Source: Candidatus Xenobia bacterium (GTDB taxonomy: Bacteria; Vulcanimicrobiota; Xenobia; Xenobiales; QWHO01). Taken from it: DNA of 64,000 bases. A model generated the notes under the pieces. It did no database searches and was not told where the DNA came from. It saw only the letters and a list, made by a program, of their open reading frames with translations. Location: positions 104,002-168,001 of the forward strand of contig BTUM01000006.1 of NCBI GenBank assembly GCA_045863235.1, given 5' to 3'. The position numbers were made by a program, and so were the translations under genes. Of the stretch, positions 7,552 to 17,444 are shown piece after piece (positions within the stretch are counted from its first letter, which is position 1; every line of letters begins with the position of its first letter).

Positions 7552-9771
7552 GTGAGCCAGACGTCCCAGAAAAGCGCACCCAGCGTGGCCCCGGTTTCCA
7601 GTGCCAGCTCGTCCAGCTCCTCGAGCTCGAGCAGCAGCACCAGCTCAACGGGAGGGAGCCTTGGGGCAGCCGCCTCGCGGGCCACGCAGGGCAGCTCGTC
7701 CAGCAGCTCGAGCTCCTCGAGCTCGTCCACCGCGTCCAGTTCGTCCAGCACCTCCGACTCCTCAAGCTCGAGCGGAAATGGCACCTATGACAGCAGCCGC
7801 CTCCAGGGTTCGTCAAACAGTTCCGCCGAAGCCCTCGAGTGGGGGGGCGAAGAGGAGCGCACCTCCGGCCACACCAGTGCCCTGCTGGCAGCCTGGGGCA
7901 AGGTTGACCCCAAGGTGGAGCGCCGGAAGATCGAAGAGGATCGCCAGAGCCTGAGCGCTTATGAATCTCAGGCCGCTACTTTTCAGCCGGCCCGCAACCC
8001 GGGTCCGGGTCAGAAGGAGGAGGCTCGCCGTCTGGTCGATCAGCTCGAGGCTTTGAAAGCCGATTCCGCCGCCGACTCGAGGGGGATGAAGCCGGGCCGC
8101 CAGCGCGAAGCTCTCAATCAGGACCTGGAAGTGAAGAGCCGCGAGGCCCAACAGCGCCTGGCCGAGGCCCAGGCCACCCCTACGGGCCAGGTCAGTCCCA
8201 CCGGTCAGGTTGGCCCGACGGGGCAGGTCACCCCAACGGGTCAGGTGGACCCCACAGGCCAGGTGAGCCCTACCGGTCAGGTGAGCCCCACGACCCAGAA
8301 CCCGCCTGCCAAAACCGACGCCGTGTCTCAGGCGCGTCAGAAGTTCCTGGACACGATGCGCGGCAAGCTCGACGACGAGCGCATGAAGCGGCTGGAGAAC
8401 ATGTCCCGCGAGATGGAGCGGCGCATGGCCGCGCGAGGCTACGCCCGCATTCTGGCTGGCAAGGACCGCGCCGAGACGGCCCAGATGATCCGTCAGCAGC
8501 TGGTGGACACCTACGGTCAGCTCGACCAGCTGGCCGGCACTCCGGATGCCACCGGACAGTATTTCGACCAGAATATGCGCGCCCAGCTGGCCGAGAACTT
8601 TCTCTTCCACGCCGCCGACCCCACCAACGTGGATCAGGGCGGCAACGGCACTTGCTGGCTCGAGTCGGGCTACATTGCGGGCGGTTTCGTCAACCACCCC
8701 GAGCACATGGCTCGCTTTCTCAAAGAGGTCTCTCTCACCGGCTCGTTCAACACGCTCAGCCGGGGTGAGAACGACCCCACCCCCACCAACATCAAGTTCC
8801 CTCCCCACCTCTTCCGCTTCGGGGCCAACGACGAGGAGGGGCGCTGGACTGTCGGCAGCGCCAATCAGAATGGCCGACGCAGTCCGGTGGGCTTGATCTT
8901 CGACGAAGGCATGAGCTACATGGTTGGCCGTCGCCATCCCGACGCCGGCTCCTACGGCGGCAGCGTGGGCGTGCGCCGCATCATGCACATGGTGACCGGC
9001 GACATCGTGCACGACTCGAGCCACCTGCTCAACGGCTCGGCCCGCCAGACCCTGCTCGAGAAGGGTGCTTACATCGTCTACCAGCCAGGTCACATGCGCA
9101 CCGTGCAGATGCGTCTGGACGGCGACTTCCAGCTCGGCGAGAACGACATCACCAGGCCGGGCGGCGGGCCCACTCAGGGGGCTATCATTCAAGACAACCA
9201 GTGGGGCGAGTACAACGACCACATCGACATGGTGGTGCACGATCTGGAGAACAACCGCATCGTGGACATCCGCAACACGCGCAACACGCCCTACAATCCC
9301 TTGAGCGTGACCGGCGAGCGCCCCCTGCCGCCCTACTCGCCCGATGGCAGCCTGCCCGATTGGGACCGGCACATCGGTGGGGGCGACGACGGCGGCGGCT
9401 TCGTCCCCTGGGGCCCCGATTGGCCCGGCCCGGGCCCGAGCCCCGACATCAGCCCCGATTTCGTGGTGGATACCATCGGGGACATCCTCGACTCGGTGAG
9501 CGACACCGACGACGAGGCCAAGAAGGCGGAGGTCAAGAACCTGATGCGCACCCTCACCGCCTCGGCTGAGGGCGAGCTGCAACTGGGCAAGCCGGGAGCC
9601 AACTTCCAGAAGCTCAAGGAAGCCTACGAGAAGGTCAAGAAGAAGAACATCCTCGATCCGGAGCTGAAGGCAAAGGTCGAGCAGGTTCTCACCCGGGGCG
9701 GCGCACCGCCTGCGCCCGAGCCCAAGCCTCCGACCCCGACTCCAACGCCGAGCCCTACGCCCAGTCCTTAA
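7552..9771 (+). CDS. Large low-complexity protein with papain/calpain-like cysteine protease motifs
   Basis: AGGAGG RBS. Ser-rich N-terminus, PTGQVx repeats, DQGGNGTCW (Cys 8653), PGHM (His 9091), QDNQWG (Asn 9196), Pro/Thr tail. Confidence 0.6.
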   Translation: MSQTSQKSAPSVAPVSSASSSSSSSSSSSTSSTGGSLGAAASRATQGSSSSSSSSSSSSTASSSSSTSDSSSSSGNGTYDSSRLQGSSNSSAEALEWGGEEERTSGHTSALLAAWGKVDPKVERRKIEEDRQSLSAYESQAATFQPARNPGPGQKEEARRLVDQLEALKADSAADSRGMKPGRQREALNQDLEVKSREAQQRLAEAQATPTGQVSPTGQVGPTGQVTPTGQVDPTGQVSPTGQVSPTTQNPPAKTDAVSQARQKFLDTMRGKLDDERMKRLENMSREMERRMAARGYARILAGKDRAETAQMIRQQLVDTYGQLDQLAGTPDATGQYFDQNMRAQLAENFLFHAADPTNVDQGGNGTCWLESGYIAGGFVNHPEHMARFLKEVSLTGSFNTLSRGENDPTPTNIKFPPHLFRFGANDEEGRWTVGSANQNGRRSPVGLIFDEGMSYMVGRRHPDAGSYGGSVGVRRIMHMVTGDIVHDSSHLLNGSARQTLLEKGAYIVYQPGHMRTVQMRLDGDFQLGENDITRPGGGPTQGAIIQDNQWGEYNDHIDMVVHDLENNRIVDIRNTRNTPYNPLSVTGERPLPPYSPDGSLPDWDRHIGGGDDGGGFVPWGPDWPGPGPSPDISPDFVVDTIGDILDSVSDTDDEAKKAEVKNLMRTLTASAEGELQLGKPGANFQKLKEAYEKVKKKNILDPELKAKVEQVLTRGGAPPAPEPKPPTPTPTPSPTPSP
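8179..8286 (+). repeat. 6 x 18-bp coding tandem repeat (PTGQVx)
   Basis: PTGQVS-PTGQVG-PTGQVT-PTGQVD-PTGQVS-PTGQVS with varied synonymous codons. Confidence 0.95.
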
Positions 9772-9898
9772 TGTGATCGCCCGTCTTCTGAAAAAGGCCG
9801 GAAACTACATTCCAGCGTTGCAAACACACAGGCCTTGCACTTTAGAAATCCGGCCGCATCCGCCTTCAGGCCGAGATTGACTTGGGCGGAGAACGATT

Positions 9899-10723
9899 TC
9901 AGACGCGGTAGGCGAACGCGCACCAGTAGGGCTCCCGGTCGTGGAAGCGGACGTCGCGTAACCCGGCATTCAGCATCATCTGGCGGATCTCCTGGCGCGT
10001 GAAACGATGCTCTATCCTGGTTCCGAAGCGGTCCAGGGCGTCGTTGCGCATCAGGTAGAAGCTCTTGTCGCGATAGGCCGAGAGCGGAATGTTGCCCACG
10101 GGTAGCCCCAGGCGCTCGAGCAGCCAGGCGCCGCGCGCCAGTGGCCAGTAAACGACCGCGGCCAGCACGTCGCAGGCGAGGTGCTTGACCGGGCGAGGAA
10201 GCTGGCAGAGCGCGCGGCGCGCGAAGTCGGTCAGCTTCCAGACGGCGCGGAACCAGGCCGGGCGGTTGTCGAACGCATAGTAGAGGTATACCAGGAAAGG
10301 CGCCCCGGGCCGTAGCTTGCGCACGCAGCCCTGCAGGCCCAGTTGCGGGTCGGGCAGGTGGTGCAGGACCCCCAGCGCGTAGCCGAAATCCATGCTAGCG
10401 TCAGCGAGCGGAATGCACGAGGCGTCCGCCTGGTGGAAGCGGCAGTTGGGCTGCTCGGCCAGGTTGCGGCGCGCCACCGCCAGGGCCGACGCCGCGGGGT
10501 CGATGCAGTGGAGCTCACGCACGCGGGGCGCCACGAAACGGGCCCAGCGGCCTGTGCCGCAGCCGAGATCGAAGCCGCGCGCTTCTGGGGCAAGCTCGGA
10601 CCACGGGAAAACCGCGAAATATTCCTCGAATTGGCGAGCCAGCTCCTCCCGGGTGGCCGCGGACTGGTCAAAGCGTGACCATTCCTCGCCGAAGTCGTCC
10701 ACCAGCTCAGGATCGACGTTCAT
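9899..10723 (-). CDS. Class I SAM-dependent methyltransferase (polysaccharide-locus type)
   Basis: FDLGCGTGRW, GVLHHLPD, FGEEW, DALDRFGT. Start placed at ATG 10723. Confidence 0.9.
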   Translation of the reverse strand: MNVDPELVDDFGEEWSRFDQSAATREELARQFEEYFAVFPWSELAPEARGFDLGCGTGRWARFVAPRVRELHCIDPAASALAVARRNLAEQPNCRFHQADASCIPLADASMDFGYALGVLHHLPDPQLGLQGCVRKLRPGAPFLVYLYYAFDNRPAWFRAVWKLTDFARRALCQLPRPVKHLACDVLAAVVYWPLARGAWLLERLGLPVGNIPLSAYRDKSFYLMRNDALDRFGTRIEHRFTRQEIRQMMLNAGLRDVRFHDREPYWCAFAYRV

Positions 10724-10994
10724 GAATGTTCCAAATCTCCTGCTTCTCGCGCAGCCCAGCACCCTAAAGCCCGGAGCGTGGTCGCCGTGAGACCGAGCTT
10801 CTCATTGACCAGGTCTTTGCTCTGACCTGGTGCATCTCGAAGCTTCGGGCTCGGGCCCCAGGTGACAGGGGGCTTTGCTCCAGGTCCGGGAAACCCTTGT
10901 GAAGGTCGGGAGAAGCTCTTCTCACTGGGTCAGGAACACCTCCGGGCTTGCCGTCGGAAGGGAAATCCTCACCCCGTGCGCTAAATGGGCCAAC

Positions 10995-11600
10995 ATGACC
11001 GTCATCGTGGACTACCAGATGGGGAATGTGGGGTCCATCATGAACATGCTCAAGAAGGTGGGCGCCGAGGCCGAGATTTCCGGAGATCCCGAGGCGCTGC
11101 GCCGCGCTACGCGACTGATTCTGCCCGGCGTGGGCGCCTTTGACACTGGCATGCGGCACCTCTCCGACTCTGGCCTCATCGACGTCCTCAACGACCGGGT
11201 GCTGAATGACAAAGTGCCCGTGCTGGGGATCTGCCTGGGAATGCAGCTCCTGACGCGCCGCAGCGAGGAGGGCTCCCTGCCTGGCCTGGGCTGGATCGAG
11301 GCCGACACGATTCGCTTTCAGCTCGAGGACCTGCGCGTGCCCCACATGGGCTGGAACACGCTGCGGGCGGTGAACGGCTCGCCTCTCTTTCAGGGCTATC
11401 AGGAAGAGCCCCGTTACTACTTTGTGCACTCCTACCACGTAGTCTGCGACAACCCCGAGGACGCGGCTGGCACGACCGAATACGGCCTTCAGTTCGTCTC
11501 GGCGGTCCACCGCGGTAACGTGATGGGGACCCAGTTCCACCCCGAGAAGAGCCACAAATTCGGCATGCAGCTCCTCAGGAACTTCGTCGCCCTCAACTGA
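10995..11600 (+). CDS. HisH-like glutaminase subunit (WbuY-type paralog)
   Basis: GNVGS, LPGVGAF, GICLGMQ, PHMGWN, YFVHSY, QFHPEKS. Lies in a polysaccharide locus, not a his operon. Confidence 0.9.
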   Translation: MTVIVDYQMGNVGSIMNMLKKVGAEAEISGDPEALRRATRLILPGVGAFDTGMRHLSDSGLIDVLNDRVLNDKVPVLGICLGMQLLTRRSEEGSLPGLGWIEADTIRFQLEDLRVPHMGWNTLRAVNGSPLFQGYQEEPRYYFVHSYHVVCDNPEDAAGTTEYGLQFVSAVHRGNVMGTQFHPEKSHKFGMQLLRNFVALN

Positions 11601-11602
11601 CC

Positions 11603-12370
11603 ATGCTCAGGACCCGCGTCATCCCCTGCCTGTTGCTCAAGGACGGCGGTCTGCACAAGTCGGTCAAGTTCAAGCTGCCGGCAAGCTCGTACGTCGGCGA
11701 TCCGATCAATGCCGTCCGGATCTATAACGAGAAGGAGGTCGACGAGCTGCTCTTCGTTGACATCACGGCCACGGTCGAGGGGAGAGAGCCTGGCTTCAAG
11801 CTGGCCGAGGAGATCGCCTCGGAATGCTTCATGCCGGTAGCTTTCGGCGGGGGAATTCGAGAGATCGATCACGTCAGGCAACTCTTCACTCTCGGCATCG
11901 AGAAGGTCGTCGTCAACAGTTATGCCCTGGAGCGCCCCGAGTTCATCACCGAGGTCGCCCGGTACGCGGGCAGCCAGAGCCTGGTCGTGTCGATCGATGT
12001 GAAGAAAAGCTTCTTCGGCAAGTATAAGGTTTTTGGACGAGGCGGCCGTCAGAGGACCGGGCGCGATCCCGTAGACTGGGCCCGCGAGGTAGAGCGTCTT
12101 GGAGCGGGAGAGATACTCCTTACCTCCATGGACCGGGACGGCACCGGCCAGGGCTACGATCTCGAGCTGCTCGGCCAGGTTACGCGCGCGGTTCGAATCC
12201 CGGTGATTGCCTGTGGCGGAGCCGGAACCGTCGAGCACTTCGGGCAGGCGGTGAGGGAGGGTGGAGCGTCCGCTGTAGCGGCTGGTAGCATGGTGGTTTA
12301 CTACGGCCGCAACCGCGCCGTGCTGATCAACTTTCCCGAGCGCTCGGCTCTAGAGAGCGTCCTGGGCTGA
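11603..12370 (+). CDS. HisF-like protein (AglZ/HisF2/WbuZ-type acetamidino modification)
   Basis: [54 protein letters not shown], characteristic of the polysaccharide-associated HisF paralog. Confidence 0.9.
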   Translation: MLRTRVIPCLLLKDGGLHKSVKFKLPASSYVGDPINAVRIYNEKEVDELLFVDITATVEGREPGFKLAEEIASECFMPVAFGGGIREIDHVRQLFTLGIEKVVVNSYALERPEFITEVARYAGSQSLVVSIDVKKSFFGKYKVFGRGGRQRTGRDPVDWAREVERLGAGEILLTSMDRDGTGQGYDLELLGQVTRAVRIPVIACGGAGTVEHFGQAVREGGASAVAAGSMVVYYGRNRAVLINFPERSALESVLG

Positions 12371-12470
12371 TATGCTCGCACTTTGGTCTTGCACATCTGT
12401 CCCTTCCAGCCTTCTTCGCTCTTGAGCCCGAGCAGGTGTCCGAGTTTGCTCGCAGAATTACCGGACCCTC

Positions 12471-13889
12471 GTGGATCTTTGGAGCATTCAAGCCGCGATC
12501 AAGCGGCGCAAGTGGTTCTTTTTGATGACGTTTTGCGCGGCGCTGCTGGTGGCGGTGCTGGTCCCGCGGGGCAGTACGGAGACCGTCTATGTCTCGATGG
12601 CCAAGGTCCTTCTCACCCCTCCGTCCGGGGCCACGTATGAGGGAGATGGACGCGGCACGACCCGCTGGTGGTTTACCGACGAAGCCACCCTGAACGAGTT
12701 GGTGACCAGCGAGGAGCTGCTCCGTCGCGTTATCGCCAAGCTCAAGCTGAAGACCGAGTGGACCGAGCTGAAGGAGCACATCACTCTTTCGCCGGTCGTG
12801 GCGGAGTCAGGAGTGGGAATGTACCGCTACGGCCAGAGCTCGAGCTTGTTTCAGATCACCGTGTCGGCCTCGGAGCCGCAGTTGTCTCGCGAAATCGCGA
12901 CGGTGGTGGTCGAGGAGTTCATGACCTCGATTCAGGACCTGTCGGCCCGCGAGTTCGCCAACACGCGCCGCTTTCTCGAGGACCTGGTGCGAGAGGCCAA
13001 CCAGAACGCTGAGAAGGCCGGCAGCAAGCTCGCGGCGATTACGTCCAAACGGAACACCACCAGCGACGAGCGCGATGTCATGTCAACTCTCAACGAGCTC
13101 GAGGCTCAACGGCTGAGCACGCGCGAGCAGCTGACCAAGCTCGAGGCAGAGCAAGACTCGGTCAACAGTTTTCTGGGCGACCCGGCGGGCACTCCGCCCT
13201 GGTCCCTCCTGCGCGAGCAGGGCGCTATTCAGAATCTCGAGCAAACCGTGGCTGAGAACCGGGTCAAACTGGCCGAGGCTCAGCAATATTACACGCCCGA
13301 CAGCCCTGAGGTCCGCGAGCAGACCACACGGCTCGAGAAGATTCAGCAGCTGTACACGGCCCAGGTCGTCAAGGCCGCCCAATCCGTGGTCAGCGAGAAG
13401 TCGACTCAGTCCGGAGCCCTGCAATCTCAGCTCGCGCAGATCGAGGAGCAGATTGACAACCTGCGGGCTACCCAGCTTACTCCCGAGGAGAGGCGCGATG
13501 TGGCCCAGTTGGAGCGCGAGCTGGCGGTTTGGGAAGAGAACCGCTTGGCGCTCATCAAGCAACTCTATCAGGCGCGCGTCGTTGAGCAAAGCAGTCGGCG
13601 CCAGGGAGCAATTTCTATCCTGCTCCGTCCCACTGACGGCGTCCTGCCTCGTGACAAGCGCCTGCCGAGCCTTCTCCGCTCGCTGGCGGTCGGGATCCCG
13701 TTCGCACTGGTCGTGAGCCTGGGACTGCTCATCCTGGCCGACTTCATGTCCCGCTCGTTGCAGCTTCTGCCCCGCGTGGAGGAGGCTCTGGAAGCCCCGA
13801 TCCTGGTGGTGGTTCCACGCTTTCCGAAGGGCTTCAGCGAGGAGTGGGACATGGTCAAATCGGGCCTGGAGCCCAGAGTCAAGAAGTAG
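12471..13889 (+). CDS. Polysaccharide co-polymerase (Wzz/Wzc N-terminal, GumC-like) #1
   Basis: RRKWFF + TM, Y.S.AKVLL, long coiled coil, YTPDSPEV, second TM, VEEALEAPILVVVP. Confidence 0.8.
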   Translation: MDLWSIQAAIKRRKWFFLMTFCAALLVAVLVPRGSTETVYVSMAKVLLTPPSGATYEGDGRGTTRWWFTDEATLNELVTSEELLRRVIAKLKLKTEWTELKEHITLSPVVAESGVGMYRYGQSSSLFQITVSASEPQLSREIATVVVEEFMTSIQDLSAREFANTRRFLEDLVREANQNAEKAGSKLAAITSKRNTTSDERDVMSTLNELEAQRLSTREQLTKLEAEQDSVNSFLGDPAGTPPWSLLREQGAIQNLEQTVAENRVKLAEAQQYYTPDSPEVREQTTRLEKIQQLYTAQVVKAAQSVVSEKSTQSGALQSQLAQIEEQIDNLRATQLTPEERRDVAQLERELAVWEENRLALIKQLYQARVVEQSSRRQGAISILLRPTDGVLPRDKRLPSLLRSLAVGIPFALVVSLGLLILADFMSRSLQLLPRVEEALEAPILVVVPRFPKGFSEEWDMVKSGLEPRVKK

Positions 13890-14997
13890 GCGCGGCCAGT
13901 CTCAGAACGCGGCCATATTCCCTGGCAATCGGGCCCACGTCGTACGCGGTCGCCCGGCGAAAGGCGCGGTCGGCGTAGTCCGCCCGTACCTGCGGCTCCC
14001 TCAGGAAGCGTTCCAGAGCCCTGCGCAGGGACTCTACGTCCTGCGGCGGGACCAGCACGCCGTGACGACCTTCTTCGAGGATCGAAACGGGCCCCGAGCC
14101 ACTCCGCGTGCTCACCACGGCAAGACGGCAGGCCATTGCCTCGACCAGCGCCAGCCCGAAGCCCTCCGACCTCGAGCTCAGGGCGAAGATGTCGCTTTGA
14201 CGAAGGTAGGGGAATGGGTTGGGCTGACTTCCCAAGAACCTTACGCGATCGGGGACGCCCAACTCGTGACTGAGCCGGACGAGTTTCGGGCGCGAAGGGC
14301 CATCCCCAATGACTATCAACTCGGCATCGTAGCGTTCGAGCACAGGAGCGGCGGCTTGCAGCAGTGTTGCCTGGTCCTTCCCCTCGACCAGTCGCCCCAT
14401 GTGCGCGATGCGGGGCCGACGAGGAGCGGGGTTCGGCGGACCCGCCAGCCTCTCGATCTCCTCCAGATCGATCGGATTGGGAATCACGGTGATTTTTCCG
14501 GGGTCGAGACCCCAATCCACCAGGCAAGAGGCGGCGTCCTGGGAGACCGCGATGCAACCCTCGGCCCTGGAATAGGTCTGCCGCACCAGCCACTTGAGCA
14601 GCCGACCGGTGGGTTGCTCGGGCGGAAATTCTTGCTCGAGGCGGCAGTGCTCGGAGGCCCAGTTGCCACGGGTGGATTGTCCCAGCATCGCGAGTCCCCG
14701 CACCAGATTCGGGCGCAGGAGCAAACTCATGACCACGTCGGGCCGATGGGCCTGCAATCTCTTGCGTAGCTCCCACGCCTGGGGCATCAGGAACAGGTTA
14801 CGCCACCGGGTCCCGGGCGCGCTCAACCGGAAGCGCTCGATCTTGATGTCAGCGTCGAGCTCGTAGGCGCTCTCCCCTTCCTCGAGGGTCCAGATTGCGA
14901 TCTGGTGACCCCATCGGCTGAACCGGTTGGCCAGGAGCTGGACCAGCCGCTCTGCGCCACCGACTGCCAGGTTATTGATCAGGAAGACGATCTTCAC
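13879..14997 (-). CDS. GT4 glycosyltransferase
   Basis: GGAERLV, IPNPID, GRLVEGK, EGFGLALVEAMA. GTG start at 14997. Confidence 0.9.
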   Translation of the reverse strand: MKIVFLINNLAVGGAERLVQLLANRFSRWGHQIAIWTLEEGESAYELDADIKIERFRLSAPGTRWRNLFLMPQAWELRKRLQAHRPDVVMSLLLRPNLVRGLAMLGQSTRGNWASEHCRLEQEFPPEQPTGRLLKWLVRQTYSRAEGCIAVSQDAASCLVDWGLDPGKITVIPNPIDLEEIERLAGPPNPAPRRPRIAHMGRLVEGKDQATLLQAAAPVLERYDAELIVIGDGPSRPKLVRLSHELGVPDRVRFLGSQPNPFPYLRQSDIFALSSRSEGFGLALVEAMACRLAVVSTRSGSGPVSILEEGRHGVLVPPQDVESLRRALERFLREPQVRADYADRAFRRATAYDVGPIAREYGRVLRLAAPTS

Positions 14998-16111
14998 AGA
15001 GGCCCAGCCCACGATATACCTCGAGGATCTGCTCCACGATGCTCGCTGTTGAGCGGGTCTCCGCCAACTGGCGCCCGGCGACGGCGAGTTTGGAGCGGAG
15101 CTCGGGGTCGCCGGCCAGGCGAAGGATCGCTCGGGCCAGCGATCGCGAATCCCGGACCTCGGCCAGGAGCCCCGTCTGACCATCCAGCACGACCTCGCGG
15201 ACCCCGGGCACGTCGGTACCAACGACGGCCCGCTGACAGGCGCACGCTTCCAGCAAAGCCTTCGGGAAGCCCTCGCGGTAGGAGGGCAGCACCACAATGT
15301 TGGCGCTGGCGAATATCGCCGGCATGTCGCTCTGGAAGCCGAGCCAGCGCACCCAACCCTGGTCGACCCAGGATTGGATTTCGCCGGGATTGATGGCCGT
15401 CGGGTGGGCCGGGTCGGTATCGCCGACCAGGATCATCTCGATTTCCGGGCGCTCGCTGGCCACGAGTCGAGCCGCTTCCACGAACTCGTGCACGCCCTTG
15501 TCCTTCAGAATGCGACCCGGCAGCACGACGCGCACGGACTGCCCGGTGGGCTCGGGCGTGGGAGAGAAGCGCCGGCAATCTACCCCGGACCCCGGGATCA
15601 ACCCCAGGGCCTCTCTGCGTACCCAGCCCGCGGAGAGGACGAAATCGTAGTCGTCCGGATTCTGCACGATCGTAAAGGTCTTGCCAAGAGCCAGCCGGTA
15701 CAAGCTGCTTACCAACCAGCGCAGAAAGTGAGCCCGGTCCTTCTCGGTAAAAAGGTATCCAAGGCCGGTGATGCTGTTGACCGTCGCAATTCCCCCAACG
15801 ATCCGGGCCGCCAGCGAGCCGAAAAGGACGGGCCGCAAAGTGAAGTGGTGCACCAGTTGGGGCCGCAACCGCCAATAGAGCCTCACCATGAAGAGCAGAG
15901 CCTCGACCTCAGCCAGGAGGTTGCGGCGGCCGCGGACCGACTCGGGCAGTGCCGCAAAATGGAAACCTCTGGCGCGGATCTCGCAGGCGGCGTCCGATTC
16001 GGAGGCGACTGCCCAGACCTCGTGGCCTCGCTCGAGCAGAGCCTCTCCGAGCGGCGCCCGGTTGAGTAGAAAGTAGCGGTCGAGACCTTCAACCAGGATA
16101 ATCCGGGCCAT
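14972..16111 (-). CDS. GT4 glycosyltransferase (CapM-like)
   Basis: ITGLG, QNPDD, PGSGVD, KGVHEFVEAA, PSYREGFPKALLEA. Confidence 0.92.
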   Translation of the reverse strand: MARIILVEGLDRYFLLNRAPLGEALLERGHEVWAVASESDAACEIRARGFHFAALPESVRGRRNLLAEVEALLFMVRLYWRLRPQLVHHFTLRPVLFGSLAARIVGGIATVNSITGLGYLFTEKDRAHFLRWLVSSLYRLALGKTFTIVQNPDDYDFVLSAGWVRREALGLIPGSGVDCRRFSPTPEPTGQSVRVVLPGRILKDKGVHEFVEAARLVASERPEIEMILVGDTDPAHPTAINPGEIQSWVDQGWVRWLGFQSDMPAIFASANIVVLPSYREGFPKALLEACACQRAVVGTDVPGVREVVLDGQTGLLAEVRDSRSLARAILRLAGDPELRSKLAVAGRQLAETRSTASIVEQILEVYRGLGLCEDRLPDQ

Positions 16112-16187
16112 CCGCGTGCGTTCTACGGTCGAATGCTGAAACCTACCGAGAAGGTGACACTTACCCGCTCAGACAACTTATCGCCAA

Positions 16188-17444
16188 ATGTCTGCGACGT
16201 TGCTGGACCTGCTGCGCGATCTTCCCGGCTGGATGGTCATGTCATTGACCTTCGCGCTGCCGGTGCTGTTCGCTCCCATCCGGCGGAGTCAGTCCTTGCT
16301 GCTGGCTATCTGGTTTACGCTTGGGCTGCACCATGCGGCGGCCATCGTCAACTGCTACCTATTTCTCTTGCCGGGCGCCGAGGAGGACGCTCGGGCGATG
16401 GATGCCACGGCGATGGGGGCAGACTACGTCCACCTTCTGCGCAACCCTTATGTCTTGATGCTGAGGGCGTTCTACCAGTCGTTCGGTCGTTCGCACTTGT
16501 TGGGATGTGAGTTGTCAGTGCTGGCTTACTCCGCGAGCGTGGTGGTGCTGGTCTACCTGATCCGCTACCTGGGCTCGGAGCGCTGGCAGGCCCCCATGGT
16601 TTTGCTGTTCGGCTCCCTTCCCGGCGCGGTCTTCAACTGCTCGGTCACCTTGCGCGAGTCGTATCAGACTCTGGGAATCTTGCTTGTGATCTGGTGTCTT
16701 GTCCAGGTGCGGGAAGGCCGCCCGTGGTACTATCTGGGGATGTTGGTATGCGTGGTCGCTCTCGCCCAGCTCCACAACGGCCTGGCTTTATTCTCACTGG
16801 GAGTGACCGCGGTGTCGGTGATCTGGGGGCTGCGCGGCAGTTCCGCCGTAGCCGGCCTGCTCATCATCCTGGTCGTGTTGGGCGCCCTGTGGCAACGGGC
16901 CAGGATCCTGGACGCCCTGGCCCAGCATTCCGCTGCCGTCAACTCCCTGGCGCAGGGTCGTTTGATTCAGGATGCGGCAAGCTACCGCGACTTCCAGGCT
17001 CAGGACCGAGCGACCTATCGGGCTCGCCTGGACACCTCCTCGGTCTTTGGATTTCTGACCACCTTTCCGCGCGTGTTGTTCCTTTACATGTTCTCGCCGC
17101 TTCCCTGGCAGGCCCGTGGCCTGAAGGACCTCTACGCGGTCGCCGAGTCGTTGCTTCGGATGGCGCTCTGCCTTGGGGCCCTCGTGAACGTGAGGCAGAG
17201 TTCGCGGGAGCGTAGAGTCAAACTGCTGGGAGTGCTGATTTTCTTCTTGACCCTGGAAGCTCTCTGGTCGATTGGAACGGGCAACTGGGGCCAGGCCATT
17301 CGCCATCGCGTCGTGGGATGGGGCCTGCTCGTCATCTGTGGAGCCGAGCCCTGGTTGAAGCTGGCAAGCAGCGGTCGCCGCCGCGGTGCTCGGAAGGTCG
17401 CTCAGCCTTCCCCGCCTTCCCCCGAGCCTGCGCTGGCGTCCTGA
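16188..17444 (+). CDS. Multi-pass membrane protein, probable Wzy polymerase
   Basis: About 10 hydrophobic segments, TLRES, PLPWQ, GNWGQAIRHR, in an EPS context. Confidence 0.6.
   Translation: MSATLLDLLRDLPGWMVMSLTFALPVLFAPIRRSQSLLLAIWFTLGLHHAAAIVNCYLFLLPGAEEDARAMDATAMGADYVHLLRNPYVLMLRAFYQSFGRSHLLGCELSVLAYSASVVVLVYLIRYLGSERWQAPMVLLFGSLPGAVFNCSVTLRESYQTLGILLVIWCLVQVREGRPWYYLGMLVCVVALAQLHNGLALFSLGVTAVSVIWGLRGSSAVAGLLIILVVLGALWQRARILDALAQHSAAVNSLAQGRLIQDAASYRDFQAQDRATYRARLDTSSVFGFLTTFPRVLFLYMFSPLPWQARGLKDLYAVAESLLRMALCLGALVNVRQSSRERRVKLLGVLIFFLTLEALWSIGTGNWGQAIRHRVVGWGLLVICGAEPWLKLASSGRRRGARKVAQPSPPSPEPALAS

Noticed and set aside
8179..8286. Possible CRISPR array
   Set aside because: Contiguous 18-bp coding repeats without spacers, and no cas genes.
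7813..9582. 589-aa minus-strand ORF
   Set aside because: Antisense shadow of 7552..9771.
10808..10831. 8-bp inverted repeat accaggtc/gacctggt in a divergent intergenic region
   Set aside because: Single occurrence, cannot be distinguished from chance without comparative data.
10995..12370. hisH/hisF as histidine biosynthesis genes
   Set aside because: No other his genes are present, and the sequence signatures and context fit the polysaccharide-modifying paralogs.
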